From NCBI GenBank assembly GCA_049423385.1, contig JBMSQQ010000086.1, positions 1-14,173 of the forward strand: 14,173 bases of DNA, in the 5' to 3' direction. Shown here in pieces: positions 1-7,832 of the stretch. Position 1 is the first letter of the stretch; each line of letters starts with the position of its first letter. A program made the position numbers and the translations under genes. Below the pieces are notes generated by a model that made no database searches, had not been told where the DNA came from, and saw only the letters and a list, made by a program, of their open reading frames with translations. This DNA comes from Silvanigrellaceae bacterium (GTDB lineage: Bacteria; Bdellovibrionota_B; Oligoflexia; Silvanigrellales; Silvanigrellaceae).

Positions 1-996
1 CGCCAGAATGGTCGCCGGTGAGTTGTCCGAATGCCCACGCGCCATTGAGCCATTGCCCACAGCACCACCACTCCAATTCGAGGCAACACTCTCGGCATTG
101 CGAGCCACTGTCTGCCATTGGGTGTTTGAGATGAGCCGATGTCCCGGACCAGCATTCTTACACGCCATCAAGGCACTGCCCAGGGAACTTTCGTCGGTTC
201 CACGCTTGATGTTCACCCATGGCACTCCTGCAGCGGTACTCGTCGCATATGTCGAACCATTGTTGTCCTTTGCCGGATACTTCATTACACAAAAATCGCG
301 TTCAACATCCAGCCACCAATTCGCATTGCCACTCGAAGCATTGATGTTTCCGAGTCCCGCAATTCCGCTGCCAGGAACGCCGATGTATCCGGATGGGCAC
401 ACGAATGGGTTTCGCTGAATCGTTTGGGTCACCAATTCATTCTTTCCATCTGCACGAGACGAGGCAACAGACAAATTGAACGCCGCTGAGCCCGCCGGGA
501 GATGAATGACCACCGAAAGATCACCATTTCCATTGCAGTCAACGCTCTGCACCTTTCCCGATGAAACAGAAGCTCCATGAGCGGCGTTGGGATCACATTT
601 TCCAAACACGGTCGGCTTCAATCCTGAAACGGTCGCAGAAAAAAGAGAAAGCACACTTTGGGTTCCACTCGTTGTTCCTCCCGAGGTTCCAGTTCCTGAT
701 GATGTGCCTACAGAAGCGGTTGAGGTATCCGGCTGGCTGGTGCCCGATGTGGAAGTTGGTGCTGTAATGGGCGCCGATTGAACGCTTGCTTTGGACACCA
801 GTCGCTTCCGGATTAACGGATGACCTGAAGTCGAGGTTTGGTCATTGGGATCCACCTCGCCAGATAATTCCGATCCTCGATCATCGCCCTCTTCGAGGGG
901 TGGCGCGGGGCGAAAGCACGCCACGACAAGAACAAACATCGCAAAGATGCTTGTGATGCGAAAATGTCCAGAAAATGCCAAAATCGAACTTTGCAA
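1..996 (-). CDS. Lipoprotein with Ser/Thr/Gly linker and FGE-sulfatase/CLec-fold domain; paralog of the C-terminus of 1134..5237; 3' end truncated by the window edge
   Basis: Not in the ORF track because it has no stop in the window. My manual translation is open from 1029 to 1: ...RITSIFAMFVLVVAC (lipobox-like) ... TSSGTGTSGGTTSGT ... LKPTVFGKCDP ... CPSGYIGVPG ... WLDVERDFCVMKYPAK ... PWVNIKR ... HRLISNTQWQTVARN ... NWSGG ... GHSD. The start is uncertain: TTG 996 has GGAG about 10 nt upstream; alternatives are TTG 981, ATG 939 and GTG 1029. Confidence 0.88.
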   Translation of the reverse strand, partial: MQSSILAFSGHFRITSIFAMFVLVVACFRPAPPLEEGDDRGSELSGEVDPNDQTSTSGHPLIRKRLVSKASVQSAPITAPTSTSGTSQPDTSTASVGTSSGTGTSGGTTSGTQSVLSLFSATVSGLKPTVFGKCDPNAAHGASVSSGKVQSVDCNGNGDLSVVIHLPAGSAAFNLSVASSRADGKNELVTQTIQRNPFVCPSGYIGVPGSGIAGLGNINASSGNANWWLDVERDFCVMKYPAKDNNGSTYATSTAAGVPWVNIKRGTDESSLGSALMACKNAGPGHRLISNTQWQTVARNAESVASNWSGGAVGNGSMARGHSDNSPATILA

Positions 997-1133
997 AGCT
1001 CGCCAACTCCAAAAATTAGGAGAACACACTTCTTATCGGCACAATTGTTCTATAAGGAAAGTATAAGAATTGACGCTCAAAATTTGCCCGAAAACAGATG
1101 TCTGGGGTCTCCGTGCTCTTCAATCAAAAGTAA

Positions 1134-4100
1134 TCACGGAACAAAGACACACCGGAAGCCGACGTCTGAGTGTGCGCTCGTCGCGTCCCGAGTGACGTCG
1201 GTGGCGAAAATTCCTGAATAACTGGAAGAACCAAAAAATCCACCACGGACAATACCTGGGCTGGTCGAAAGGGTGGTCGGCGCACCAAACTGGCCAATCA
1301 GATTGGAAGAATTCAAAGACATTCCCGGACCAAAAATCTGGGGGAGATTTCCATTTGAAAGTGATGAAAATTCAGACCAACCACTGTTGAATGACGTCGA
1401 GAGACCCACCCCAAGGCCCGTGCTGTTGGCTCCCGAAAGGTCATCAGAGACCCACTGCCACACGTTGCCGGAGAAGTCGAAGATGTAGTTGGAGCCCTCG
1501 ACGTAATGAAACCGTCTCTGTGAACCGGAAGAATCGTTCGTGCCAAAGAAGCCATCTGTACTGGTCGCTGTAGGCTCGCCGGAACTTGGACCCGCATTGG
1601 CAATGGAATTTGCAGGATCGCCATCCGTATGTCCCTGGTAGAGTTGCCCGGTGCTTCCCATCGTACCATCAACCCAGTTATTGCTGTTGGACAAAATTCG
1701 TCTCGCTACAATCTGCCATTGCATATTCGAAATCAAACGATAACCGCGCATTTCATTGGAGTAGATAATCTCTGTCGAGCCTGGAATTGTATTTGATTGC
1801 ACGGTGCAACCTGCGCCTGACGAACACAAAGTTGTGCACTTGTTCATCGCATCATTTCGGCTGATGTTTGTCCAGGGTAGCGCAGAGTACCCACTCAAGT
1901 TGATGGCACCGGTGGTGGATATACTCTGCTTGGCTTGGAATTTCATGACACAGAAATCCTGTCCTGTATCGAGCCAAGCCCGCATATTGCCCGAAGTTGA
2001 GTGTGCATTGCCAAGACCATCTTCCGCTGTCGTAAGCCCCGATACTGGAACAAATCCCATCGGGCAAGAAGTCGTATTCCGGTAAAAAGGAAACGGAGTG
2101 CTGCTGGCATATCCGCCCGGAGCCGTCGTGGTGACGGTGATCGTCCCACTCGTACCACTGCCAAAGGAAAACGAAAGCATGCCTTTGAGTTGTCCCGAAA
2201 CGCAGTTGACGGCAATGACTCTCCCTGTTGTCGTCGACACGGTTGTTGAATTGCCAGTTGAACTGTCGCAAGTTCCACTGAATTCAGGCCGCAGGCCCTG
2301 CAAAGGAAGAGTCATGGCAATTGTGGGTGGCGCGGGAAGCCGTGTGATTGTCTGGGTCGCAGATGTTCCAACATTACCCGAAGCATCGATTTGTTTTATA
2401 CGAATATTTTTCGGGCCATATCCATCAGTCAATTGAAAGCTGGAAAGATAAAACATTCCAGTTGATCCGGTGCCTCCCGAACTGCAAGATATCTGCTGAG
2501 AAACAACATCTCCATCCAAAAATACGTTTCCATCGCCAACTGAACAAGTGCCGGAAAGAGTGATTGAAACATTTGCCGAATTCACGTTCGTCGTCCCCAA
2601 TGAGCCGAGCGTCACGACGGGAGGAGTATTGTCGACGTTCAAAACAACAAAATTCGAATAATTCACAGAGGTATTGCCCGCCTTGTCGCGCACGACTCCC
2701 GCGGGCACAACCATCGACTTCACCCCGTCTCCTGTGCAGCCACTGATGCTGATTGTTGATGCGGTGCGCACCACTGTGCAACCACCGACAGTGCCGCTAG
2801 TCAGGGCAAAGTCGACATCCGCAAGGTTCACTGTGTCGACTCCAGAGCCTCCGCTGTCCGAAGCACTGAAGGTAAATTCTTTTGAATTCGTGGCGTTTGT
2901 GAAAATCGTTCCAACGGGGCTCACAGACAAAGTTGGAAGCACATTGTCGAACTGGATATTGTGAGTCAAGGTCGATGAATTGTTGAGCGCATCGCTCTGT
3001 GTGATGACAAGAGTGTAGCCTGTGCCAGCGGATCCGATGTACGAAGGGGTCACAGATGTCATGAACATTCCAGCTGCGCTGCAGGCGACGTTGGAGGGGG
3101 AAATCGTAAATGAACCTGCGGTTGCTTCAGTGATTGAAACGCTGGATCCACCCTGTTCACAAGTACCCGTGAGATCGAACGTTCCGTTGACCCAGTTTGC
3201 ACTGGTGGGAAAAGTCACAGAGAGTGCGGGGCCCACGGTGTCAACGACAACGGGTGCAATCGACTCGATTGCTGCTGACGCATTGCCCACCACATCGACT
3301 GCCACGCCCGCAGGAAGCTTCAGACTCACTGAACCGAAACCTTGACATCCGGTCACACTGATTTGGGTGGAAGTTGTACCACTCGCCGGCGGAACGATGC
3401 TGCACGAGTTGACGGAGCCGCCCATGTTCAAGGTGATACCATTCAAACTGATTGAACTCACACCGGATGATGCAGGCGGCGGATCAGTTGCCGAAATCGT
3501 GTAAACAATCTCGCCTGTTGCGCCAATTGATGTCACCGAGGGACTGACGCTTACAGTCGGTGGCATCAAGTCATGAATCACTGTGAAAGGCAGAGTTCTG
3601 GTGTTGCCCAACGCATCCGATTGCTTCAGGAAGAGTTGACGCTCACCACTTTGACCGTTCGAATAAATCGCAAATTGGTATTGAGAAATGTTATCCGAAT
3701 TTATAACGCAATCACTCTGCAGTGAGGTTCCATTGGCATCTGAAAGATAAACCTTGGAACCTCCGATTTCACAAAAGCCATCCAAAGCGAAATATTGACC
3801 AACATACGAATTCGTTGGTGGAGAAATAACAAACAGACTTGGCGCGGTGTTGTCGACGGAGATGATGGGCGAATCCATAGGAGCCGATCGTGTTCCGGCA
3901 TCAGAAAGAGCCGCGCCCTCAGCCAACCTAAATGAGACATTGCCATCGCCAATGCAAGAATCAATCACAACCACCGCAGTATTCTGCACATCAGTGCGGA
4001 CTACGCTCACGTTGCAAGAAGGCCCGGAACCCTGAATTGTGATTTTCGAAGCGTCGATATCCAATCTCGATCCCAAAGATGTTGAAATCGGAAATTCGAT

Positions 4101-5237
4101 GCGTCGGGTTGAATTGACGAGAGTCGAACCTGGCGCACCGATAGTGATCTGAGGTCTTGTGGGCTGCCAATTCGTTCCAAGCAAATAGTTCGGAAGAACA
4201 CGCACCACTTCCCAGCCACCATCGCTTTTGGCGCCAAGTTGTGCTGCAAGGGTCACACCCAGATCCATTGCCGCACGCACATCCGGAGGGTCTCGCCACG
4301 CATCTGTGCTGCCTACGGGTACGATTGGCAAACTGGATGTGGATGAAAGCAATCCAAGTGTATGCGTACCGAGGGGCTGCGAAAGAGCCATCAATTTCAT
4401 GAAGCGAACGCCCGACGGAGTTCCAGTTGCAGGAAGGTCGAAAACCCTGCAGAGTTCACCATCAAATCTCTGCCCAGTGGCTCGATCGAATATGACGTGT
4501 CTGAGCTCCTCCGATCTGAGTGCCAGAAACGCGGAGTCTGAGCCACCTATTGCAGCCAGATGCAAAGTGCTCGTCCCTGCGGAATTTAATCGAACACTCA
4601 TGAAACCCTGATCATCCACCGTCTGGGACGTTGTGCCCGTCCATGTGCGCACGAATCCTGGCGCTCCCGACTGACAAAATCCATCAGCATCAGCGGCCGA
4701 CATAAAATCGACCTGCAAAAGCGAAACGGAAATCGAAATAGTGTCGCCGATGACCGCATCAAACTCGATGGGAGCGACCTCAATCAAATTGGGATCACGG
4801 ATCTCAAGTGAGCCGGATTTAATTCTTTGCCCCCCGTTGCTGACGCTGAAGGTGAGCCATCTGAAAATGCGTTTGGTTCGGAAAGCGTCCACACCGGCAT
4901 TCAGCAGAGTCTCGGGACGGCTGAGCTTGTTGAGAGTGGCAGAAGGTGTTGGGGTCGGTGTTGCGGTCGGTGTTGCGGTCGGTGTTGCGGTCGGTGTTGC
5001 GGTCGGTGTTGCTGCTGGGTCGGGAGTCACGGTCGGCGCAGGCGTTTCGGCGACCAACCTCAAAGCGCTCGACCACGAAAGCTGATCACGCTCGCTATCC
5101 GCAAATTCAACTTCAACCTTCATCGGAACAACGTGGCCCCTTTGCGCCCGCTCCGGAGCACAGGAAACTGCAATCAACAACACGATGAAAAACCAGTTGA
5201 ATCGATTCAGTTGATCACCCCGGATTGTCCTACCCAT
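1134..5237 (-). CDS. Large surface lipoprotein/adhesin (1367 aa): signal peptide, Pro/Thr linker, Ig-like repeats, C-terminal FGE-sulfatase/CLec-fold domain
   Basis: N-terminus WFFIVLLIAVSC is a hydrophobic stretch plus Cys. It has a TPTA repeat and Ig-like boundaries (VDNTAP, HDLMPP, VDTVGP, FDNVLP, VDNTPP) with DxxGN motifs. The C-terminus has CPMGF, FCVMKF, PWTNIS, RLISNMQW, DFSGNVWQW, RGG and GFRC, the hallmark motifs of FGE-type CLec domains. Confidence 0.88.
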   Translation of the reverse strand: MGRTIRGDQLNRFNWFFIVLLIAVSCAPERAQRGHVVPMKVEVEFADSERDQLSWSSALRLVAETPAPTVTPDPAATPTATPTATPTATPTATPTPTPSATLNKLSRPETLLNAGVDAFRTKRIFRWLTFSVSNGGQRIKSGSLEIRDPNLIEVAPIEFDAVIGDTISISVSLLQVDFMSAADADGFCQSGAPGFVRTWTGTTSQTVDDQGFMSVRLNSAGTSTLHLAAIGGSDSAFLALRSEELRHVIFDRATGQRFDGELCRVFDLPATGTPSGVRFMKLMALSQPLGTHTLGLLSSTSSLPIVPVGSTDAWRDPPDVRAAMDLGVTLAAQLGAKSDGGWEVVRVLPNYLLGTNWQPTRPQITIGAPGSTLVNSTRRIEFPISTSLGSRLDIDASKITIQGSGPSCNVSVVRTDVQNTAVVVIDSCIGDGNVSFRLAEGAALSDAGTRSAPMDSPIISVDNTAPSLFVISPPTNSYVGQYFALDGFCEIGGSKVYLSDANGTSLQSDCVINSDNISQYQFAIYSNGQSGERQLFLKQSDALGNTRTLPFTVIHDLMPPTVSVSPSVTSIGATGEIVYTISATDPPPASSGVSSISLNGITLNMGGSVNSCSIVPPASGTTSTQISVTGCQGFGSVSLKLPAGVAVDVVGNASAAIESIAPVVVDTVGPALSVTFPTSANWVNGTFDLTGTCEQGGSSVSITEATAGSFTISPSNVACSAAGMFMTSVTPSYIGSAGTGYTLVITQSDALNNSSTLTHNIQFDNVLPTLSVSPVGTIFTNATNSKEFTFSASDSGGSGVDTVNLADVDFALTSGTVGGCTVVRTASTISISGCTGDGVKSMVVPAGVVRDKAGNTSVNYSNFVVLNVDNTPPVVTLGSLGTTNVNSANVSITLSGTCSVGDGNVFLDGDVVSQQISCSSGGTGSTGMFYLSSFQLTDGYGPKNIRIKQIDASGNVGTSATQTITRLPAPPTIAMTLPLQGLRPEFSGTCDSSTGNSTTVSTTTGRVIAVNCVSGQLKGMLSFSFGSGTSGTITVTTTAPGGYASSTPFPFYRNTTSCPMGFVPVSGLTTAEDGLGNAHSTSGNMRAWLDTGQDFCVMKFQAKQSISTTGAINLSGYSALPWTNISRNDAMNKCTTLCSSGAGCTVQSNTIPGSTEIIYSNEMRGYRLISNMQWQIVARRILSNSNNWVDGTMGSTGQLYQGHTDGDPANSIANAGPSSGEPTATSTDGFFGTNDSSGSQRRFHYVEGSNYIFDFSGNVWQWVSDDLSGANSTGLGVGLSTSFNSGWSEFSSLSNGNLPQIFGPGMSLNSSNLIGQFGAPTTLSTSPGIVRGGFFGSSSYSGIFATDVTRDATSAHSDVGFRCVFVP
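4945..5012. repeat. 12-bp tandem repeat GGTGTTGCGGTC encoding (TPTA)n
   Basis: Four exact copies at 4957-5004, a one-mismatch copy at 4945-4956 and a partial copy at 5005-5012. Confidence 0.95.
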
Positions 5238-5319
5238 TTGTATTTAAGGTCGGAAAATCTTGGCCAAATCCGAGGTCCCGGAACAAAAAGCCTGAGGTTT
5301 TGGTGAGTTGATTTTTGAC

Positions 5320-5356
5320 ACCCTGCTCGCCCTCAAAAAAAAGGGGCGGGCAGGGT
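5320..5356. terminator. GC-rich inverted repeat just downstream of the maeB stop; possible terminator or mRNA-stabilising hairpin
   Basis: ACCCTGCTCGCCCT (5320-5333) and GGGGCGGGCAGGGT (5343-5356) form a 14-position stem with 12 Watson-Crick pairs, around a CAAAAAAAA loop. No U-tract follows the stem on the maeB strand, so it is atypical. Confidence 0.5.
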
Positions 5357-5370
5357 TCACGCTTTGAACT

Positions 5371-7641
5371 TTAAAGACCGTTCTGGGCCCGGTGCACGGT
5401 GAATGTAACGAGGTTCACAATTTCTTCTACATCGCTGTTGCGCTGAAGCACATTCACAGGTTTGCGCATGCCAATCAGCAGCGGACCAATGAGCGTTGCT
5501 CCACCCAGTTTGTTCAAAAGTTTGTATGCGATGTTGCCCGACGTCAGACCCGGGAACACCAGCACGTTGGCCGGTCCCTTGAGCGACGAAAAGCTGAAAC
5601 TGCGTTGGAGAATCTCTCCGCTCACAGCCGTGTCGGCTTGCATTTCTCCGTCCACCTCGATGTCAGGACGCATTTTCTTGACGAGCAACGTCGCATTGCG
5701 CACGCGATCTGCCATTGGGTGTTTGTTGCTGCCGAAGTTGCTGAAGCTGAGCATTGCGACGCGCGGCATTTCGTTCAAATACAAACGCGCGGTGTCGTGC
5801 GCCTGAATGGCGATTTGCGCAAGTTGCTCTTCGGTTGGCTCGATGTTCACCGTGGCATCCGACAAGAAAATGCTCTTGTCGCGCCATACCAGCATGTAAA
5901 CCCCTGCAAGAACTTTGTCGGGCTGCGTGCCAATCACCTGCAATGCAGGACGAATTGCATCCGGGTAGTTGTGGTGCACGCCGGAAAGGTAGGCATCGGC
6001 GTCTCCGCGTTCCACCATCATCGCGGCGTAATACTGATTTTCCTGCATGAGCTCCTGAGCCGACATGCGTGTTACGCCCTTGCGTGAACGCTTCTCAAGA
6101 AGAATGTGTGCGTAATCTGGTGTCTTGGGTGAAGTGGTCGGATCGATAATCGCAACATCGGCCAGACCATCCAATTTCTGCTCGCGAATAATTCCACGAA
6201 TCCGATCTGAATTTCCAAGAAGAACCGGGTCACAAATTCCTTCTTCAACCAACTGCTCGGCAGCTCTGAGAACAGGCAAGCTCGCGCCTTCGGGCAAAAC
6301 AACCCGGGTGCGGCTTCCCTTGGCGCGATTGGTTTCAATCACCATGCGCTTGATCTTGCGCGTCACGGATGCCGCAACGCCCAAGCGTCCTTCAAGGTGA
6401 TCTTTGTATTCTTCCAAATCGATCATCTTGCGGGCGATGCCACCTTCAATAGCTGCTTTGGCCACCGCAGGAGCAACCCACGTCAGCAGGCGCGGATCAA
6501 AGGGTTTCGGAATCAAATAATCGCGGCCAAAGGTATAATCATGGCGTGCATAGGAGCGGCTCACACTCTCGGGCACATCCTCTTTTGCCAGTTCTGCCAG
6601 GGCATAAACGGCCGCCATCTTCATGTCTTCGGTGATTTGCCGTGCCTGCACATCAAGCGCACCACGGAAAATGTATGGGTAACCCAATACGTTGTTCACC
6701 TGGTTGGGATAATCCGATCGACCGGTGGCAATGATCGCGTCATCGCGCACGGCAATGATGTCTTCCGGGCGGATTTCGGGATCGGGGTTGGCCATGGCGA
6801 AAATGATGGGTTCCTTTGCCATGCTGCGAACCATGTCTTGGTTGACCGCACCGGCCACCGAGCATCCGCAAAACACATCCGCACCATCAAGACACTCAGC
6901 CAGCGTGCGTTTGGTTGTGTCGTTGGCAAAACGTTCCTTGTACTTGTTCATACCGTCGGTACGACCACGGAACACAACGCCCTTGCTGTCGCACATGAAC
7001 AGATTTTCACGACGAACACCCAAATTCAGATACATCTGGGCACAAGCGATGGCAGCAGCACCCGCGCCGTTGACCACCACTTTGATGTCCTGGATCTTCT
7101 TGCCGGTGATCTCGAGTGCATTCAACAACGCCGCACCACTCACGATTGCAGTACCGTGCTGGTCGTCATGGAACACGGGGATGTTCAGCTGTTCTCTGAG
7201 TCGCTCTTCAATTTCAAAACACTCGGGCGCCTTGATGTCTTCAAGGTTGATGCCACCAAACGTCGGCTCCAGCATGCGGCACGCCGAAATGACTTCGTCG
7301 ACCGACGGTGCGTTCAGTTCGATATCGAAACAATCAATGTCGGCGAACTTTTTGAAAAGGACGGCCTTTCCTTCCATCACAGGCTTTGCTGCATAGGGGC
7401 CGATGTTTCCAAGACCAAGCACTGCCGTTCCGTTCGAAACAACTGCCACCAAGTTTCCCCGGGCCGTGTATTCAAAAACGCTGTCTTGATTCTTTGCGAT
7501 TTCTTTGCAGGGTTCTGCCACGCCAGGCGAATAAGCCAGTGTGATGTCTTGCTGGGTTTTGCATTCCTTGGTGACCGCAATCTCGATTTTACCTTTGCGG
7601 CCCTTGCGGTGATATTCCAATGCTTCGTCGCGGATACCCAT
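5371..7641 (-). CDS. maeB: NADP-dependent malic enzyme, hybrid type with C-terminal phosphotransacetylase-like domain
   Basis: 756 aa. Motifs LAYSPGVAEPC, GTAVLGLGNIG, KPVMEGKAVLFKKFA, INLEDIKAPECF, FHDDQHGTA, GAGAA, AMANPDPEI and TGRSDYPNQVNN. PTA-like part has AMLSFSNFGS, DGEMQAD and ANVLVFP..SGNIAYKL. RBS AAGGAG upstream. Confidence 0.97.
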   Translation of the reverse strand: MGIRDEALEYHRKGRKGKIEIAVTKECKTQQDITLAYSPGVAEPCKEIAKNQDSVFEYTARGNLVAVVSNGTAVLGLGNIGPYAAKPVMEGKAVLFKKFADIDCFDIELNAPSVDEVISACRMLEPTFGGINLEDIKAPECFEIEERLREQLNIPVFHDDQHGTAIVSGAALLNALEITGKKIQDIKVVVNGAGAAAIACAQMYLNLGVRRENLFMCDSKGVVFRGRTDGMNKYKERFANDTTKRTLAECLDGADVFCGCSVAGAVNQDMVRSMAKEPIIFAMANPDPEIRPEDIIAVRDDAIIATGRSDYPNQVNNVLGYPYIFRGALDVQARQITEDMKMAAVYALAELAKEDVPESVSRSYARHDYTFGRDYLIPKPFDPRLLTWVAPAVAKAAIEGGIARKMIDLEEYKDHLEGRLGVAASVTRKIKRMVIETNRAKGSRTRVVLPEGASLPVLRAAEQLVEEGICDPVLLGNSDRIRGIIREQKLDGLADVAIIDPTTSPKTPDYAHILLEKRSRKGVTRMSAQELMQENQYYAAMMVERGDADAYLSGVHHNYPDAIRPALQVIGTQPDKVLAGVYMLVWRDKSIFLSDATVNIEPTEEQLAQIAIQAHDTARLYLNEMPRVAMLSFSNFGSNKHPMADRVRNATLLVKKMRPDIEVDGEMQADTAVSGEILQRSFSFSSLKGPANVLVFPGLTSGNIAYKLLNKLGGATLIGPLLIGMRKPVNVLQRNSDVEEIVNLVTFTVHRAQNGL

Positions 7642-7677
7642 GGTCTCTCCTTGCCGTTGACCGGGAAAACAGGCCCG

Positions 7678-7706
7678 AATCTAGCCTTGCAGCCGGTGGA
7701 ATACAA
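7678..7706 (-). promoter_or_regulatory. Putative sigma70-type promoter of maeB (proximal)
   Basis: Minus strand TTGTAT (7706-7701), 17-nt spacer, TAGATT (7683-7678). Confidence 0.45.
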
Positions 7707-7723
7707 TGGCGCACTCAACATCT

Positions 7724-7752
7724 ATTCTAGAAATTGATGCACAAGAGGTCAA
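7724..7752 (-). promoter_or_regulatory. Putative sigma70-type promoter of maeB (distal)
   Basis: Minus strand TTGACC (7752-7747), 17-nt spacer, TAGAAT (7729-7724); 5/6 match to each consensus hexamer. Confidence 0.62.
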
Positions 7753-7832
7753 AGAATTGTCCGTGCAACTCCTTTCCTAGCCGCCTCCGCCGCGAGCCAC
7801 TACGCTGAAAATACTGCCCAAGGAGTATGCAC

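Noticed and set aside
1068..1085. TTGA-N3-TCAA palindrome in the AT-rich gap between the adhesin genes (FNR-like?)
   Set aside because: Only a 4-bp arm with the wrong spacing for FNR (TTGAT-N4-ATCAA); could be chance.
8..1221. Short plus-strand ORFs listed in the track (8..418, 139..489, 561..767, 587..781, 845..1066, 964..1221)
   Set aside because: They lie antisense to the real minus-strand lipoprotein genes, whose identity is supported by paralogy.
1134..2075. Active formylglycine-generating enzyme
   Set aside because: It lacks the catalytic cysteine pair, no sulfatase is adjacent, and the domain sits at the tip of an Ig stalk.
4945..5012. Possible CRISPR array
   Set aside because: The 12-bp units are directly adjacent with no spacers and are in frame within a CDS.
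5315..5345. Perfect TTGACA on the plus strand as an antisense promoter to maeB
   Set aside because: No -10 element at 16-18 nt spacing; that position falls in the A-tract.
6397..7737. 446-aa plus-strand ORF (and 5392..6087) antisense to maeB
   Set aside because: Shadow ORFs mirroring the codon frame of a conserved, codon-biased gene; no recognisable motifs.
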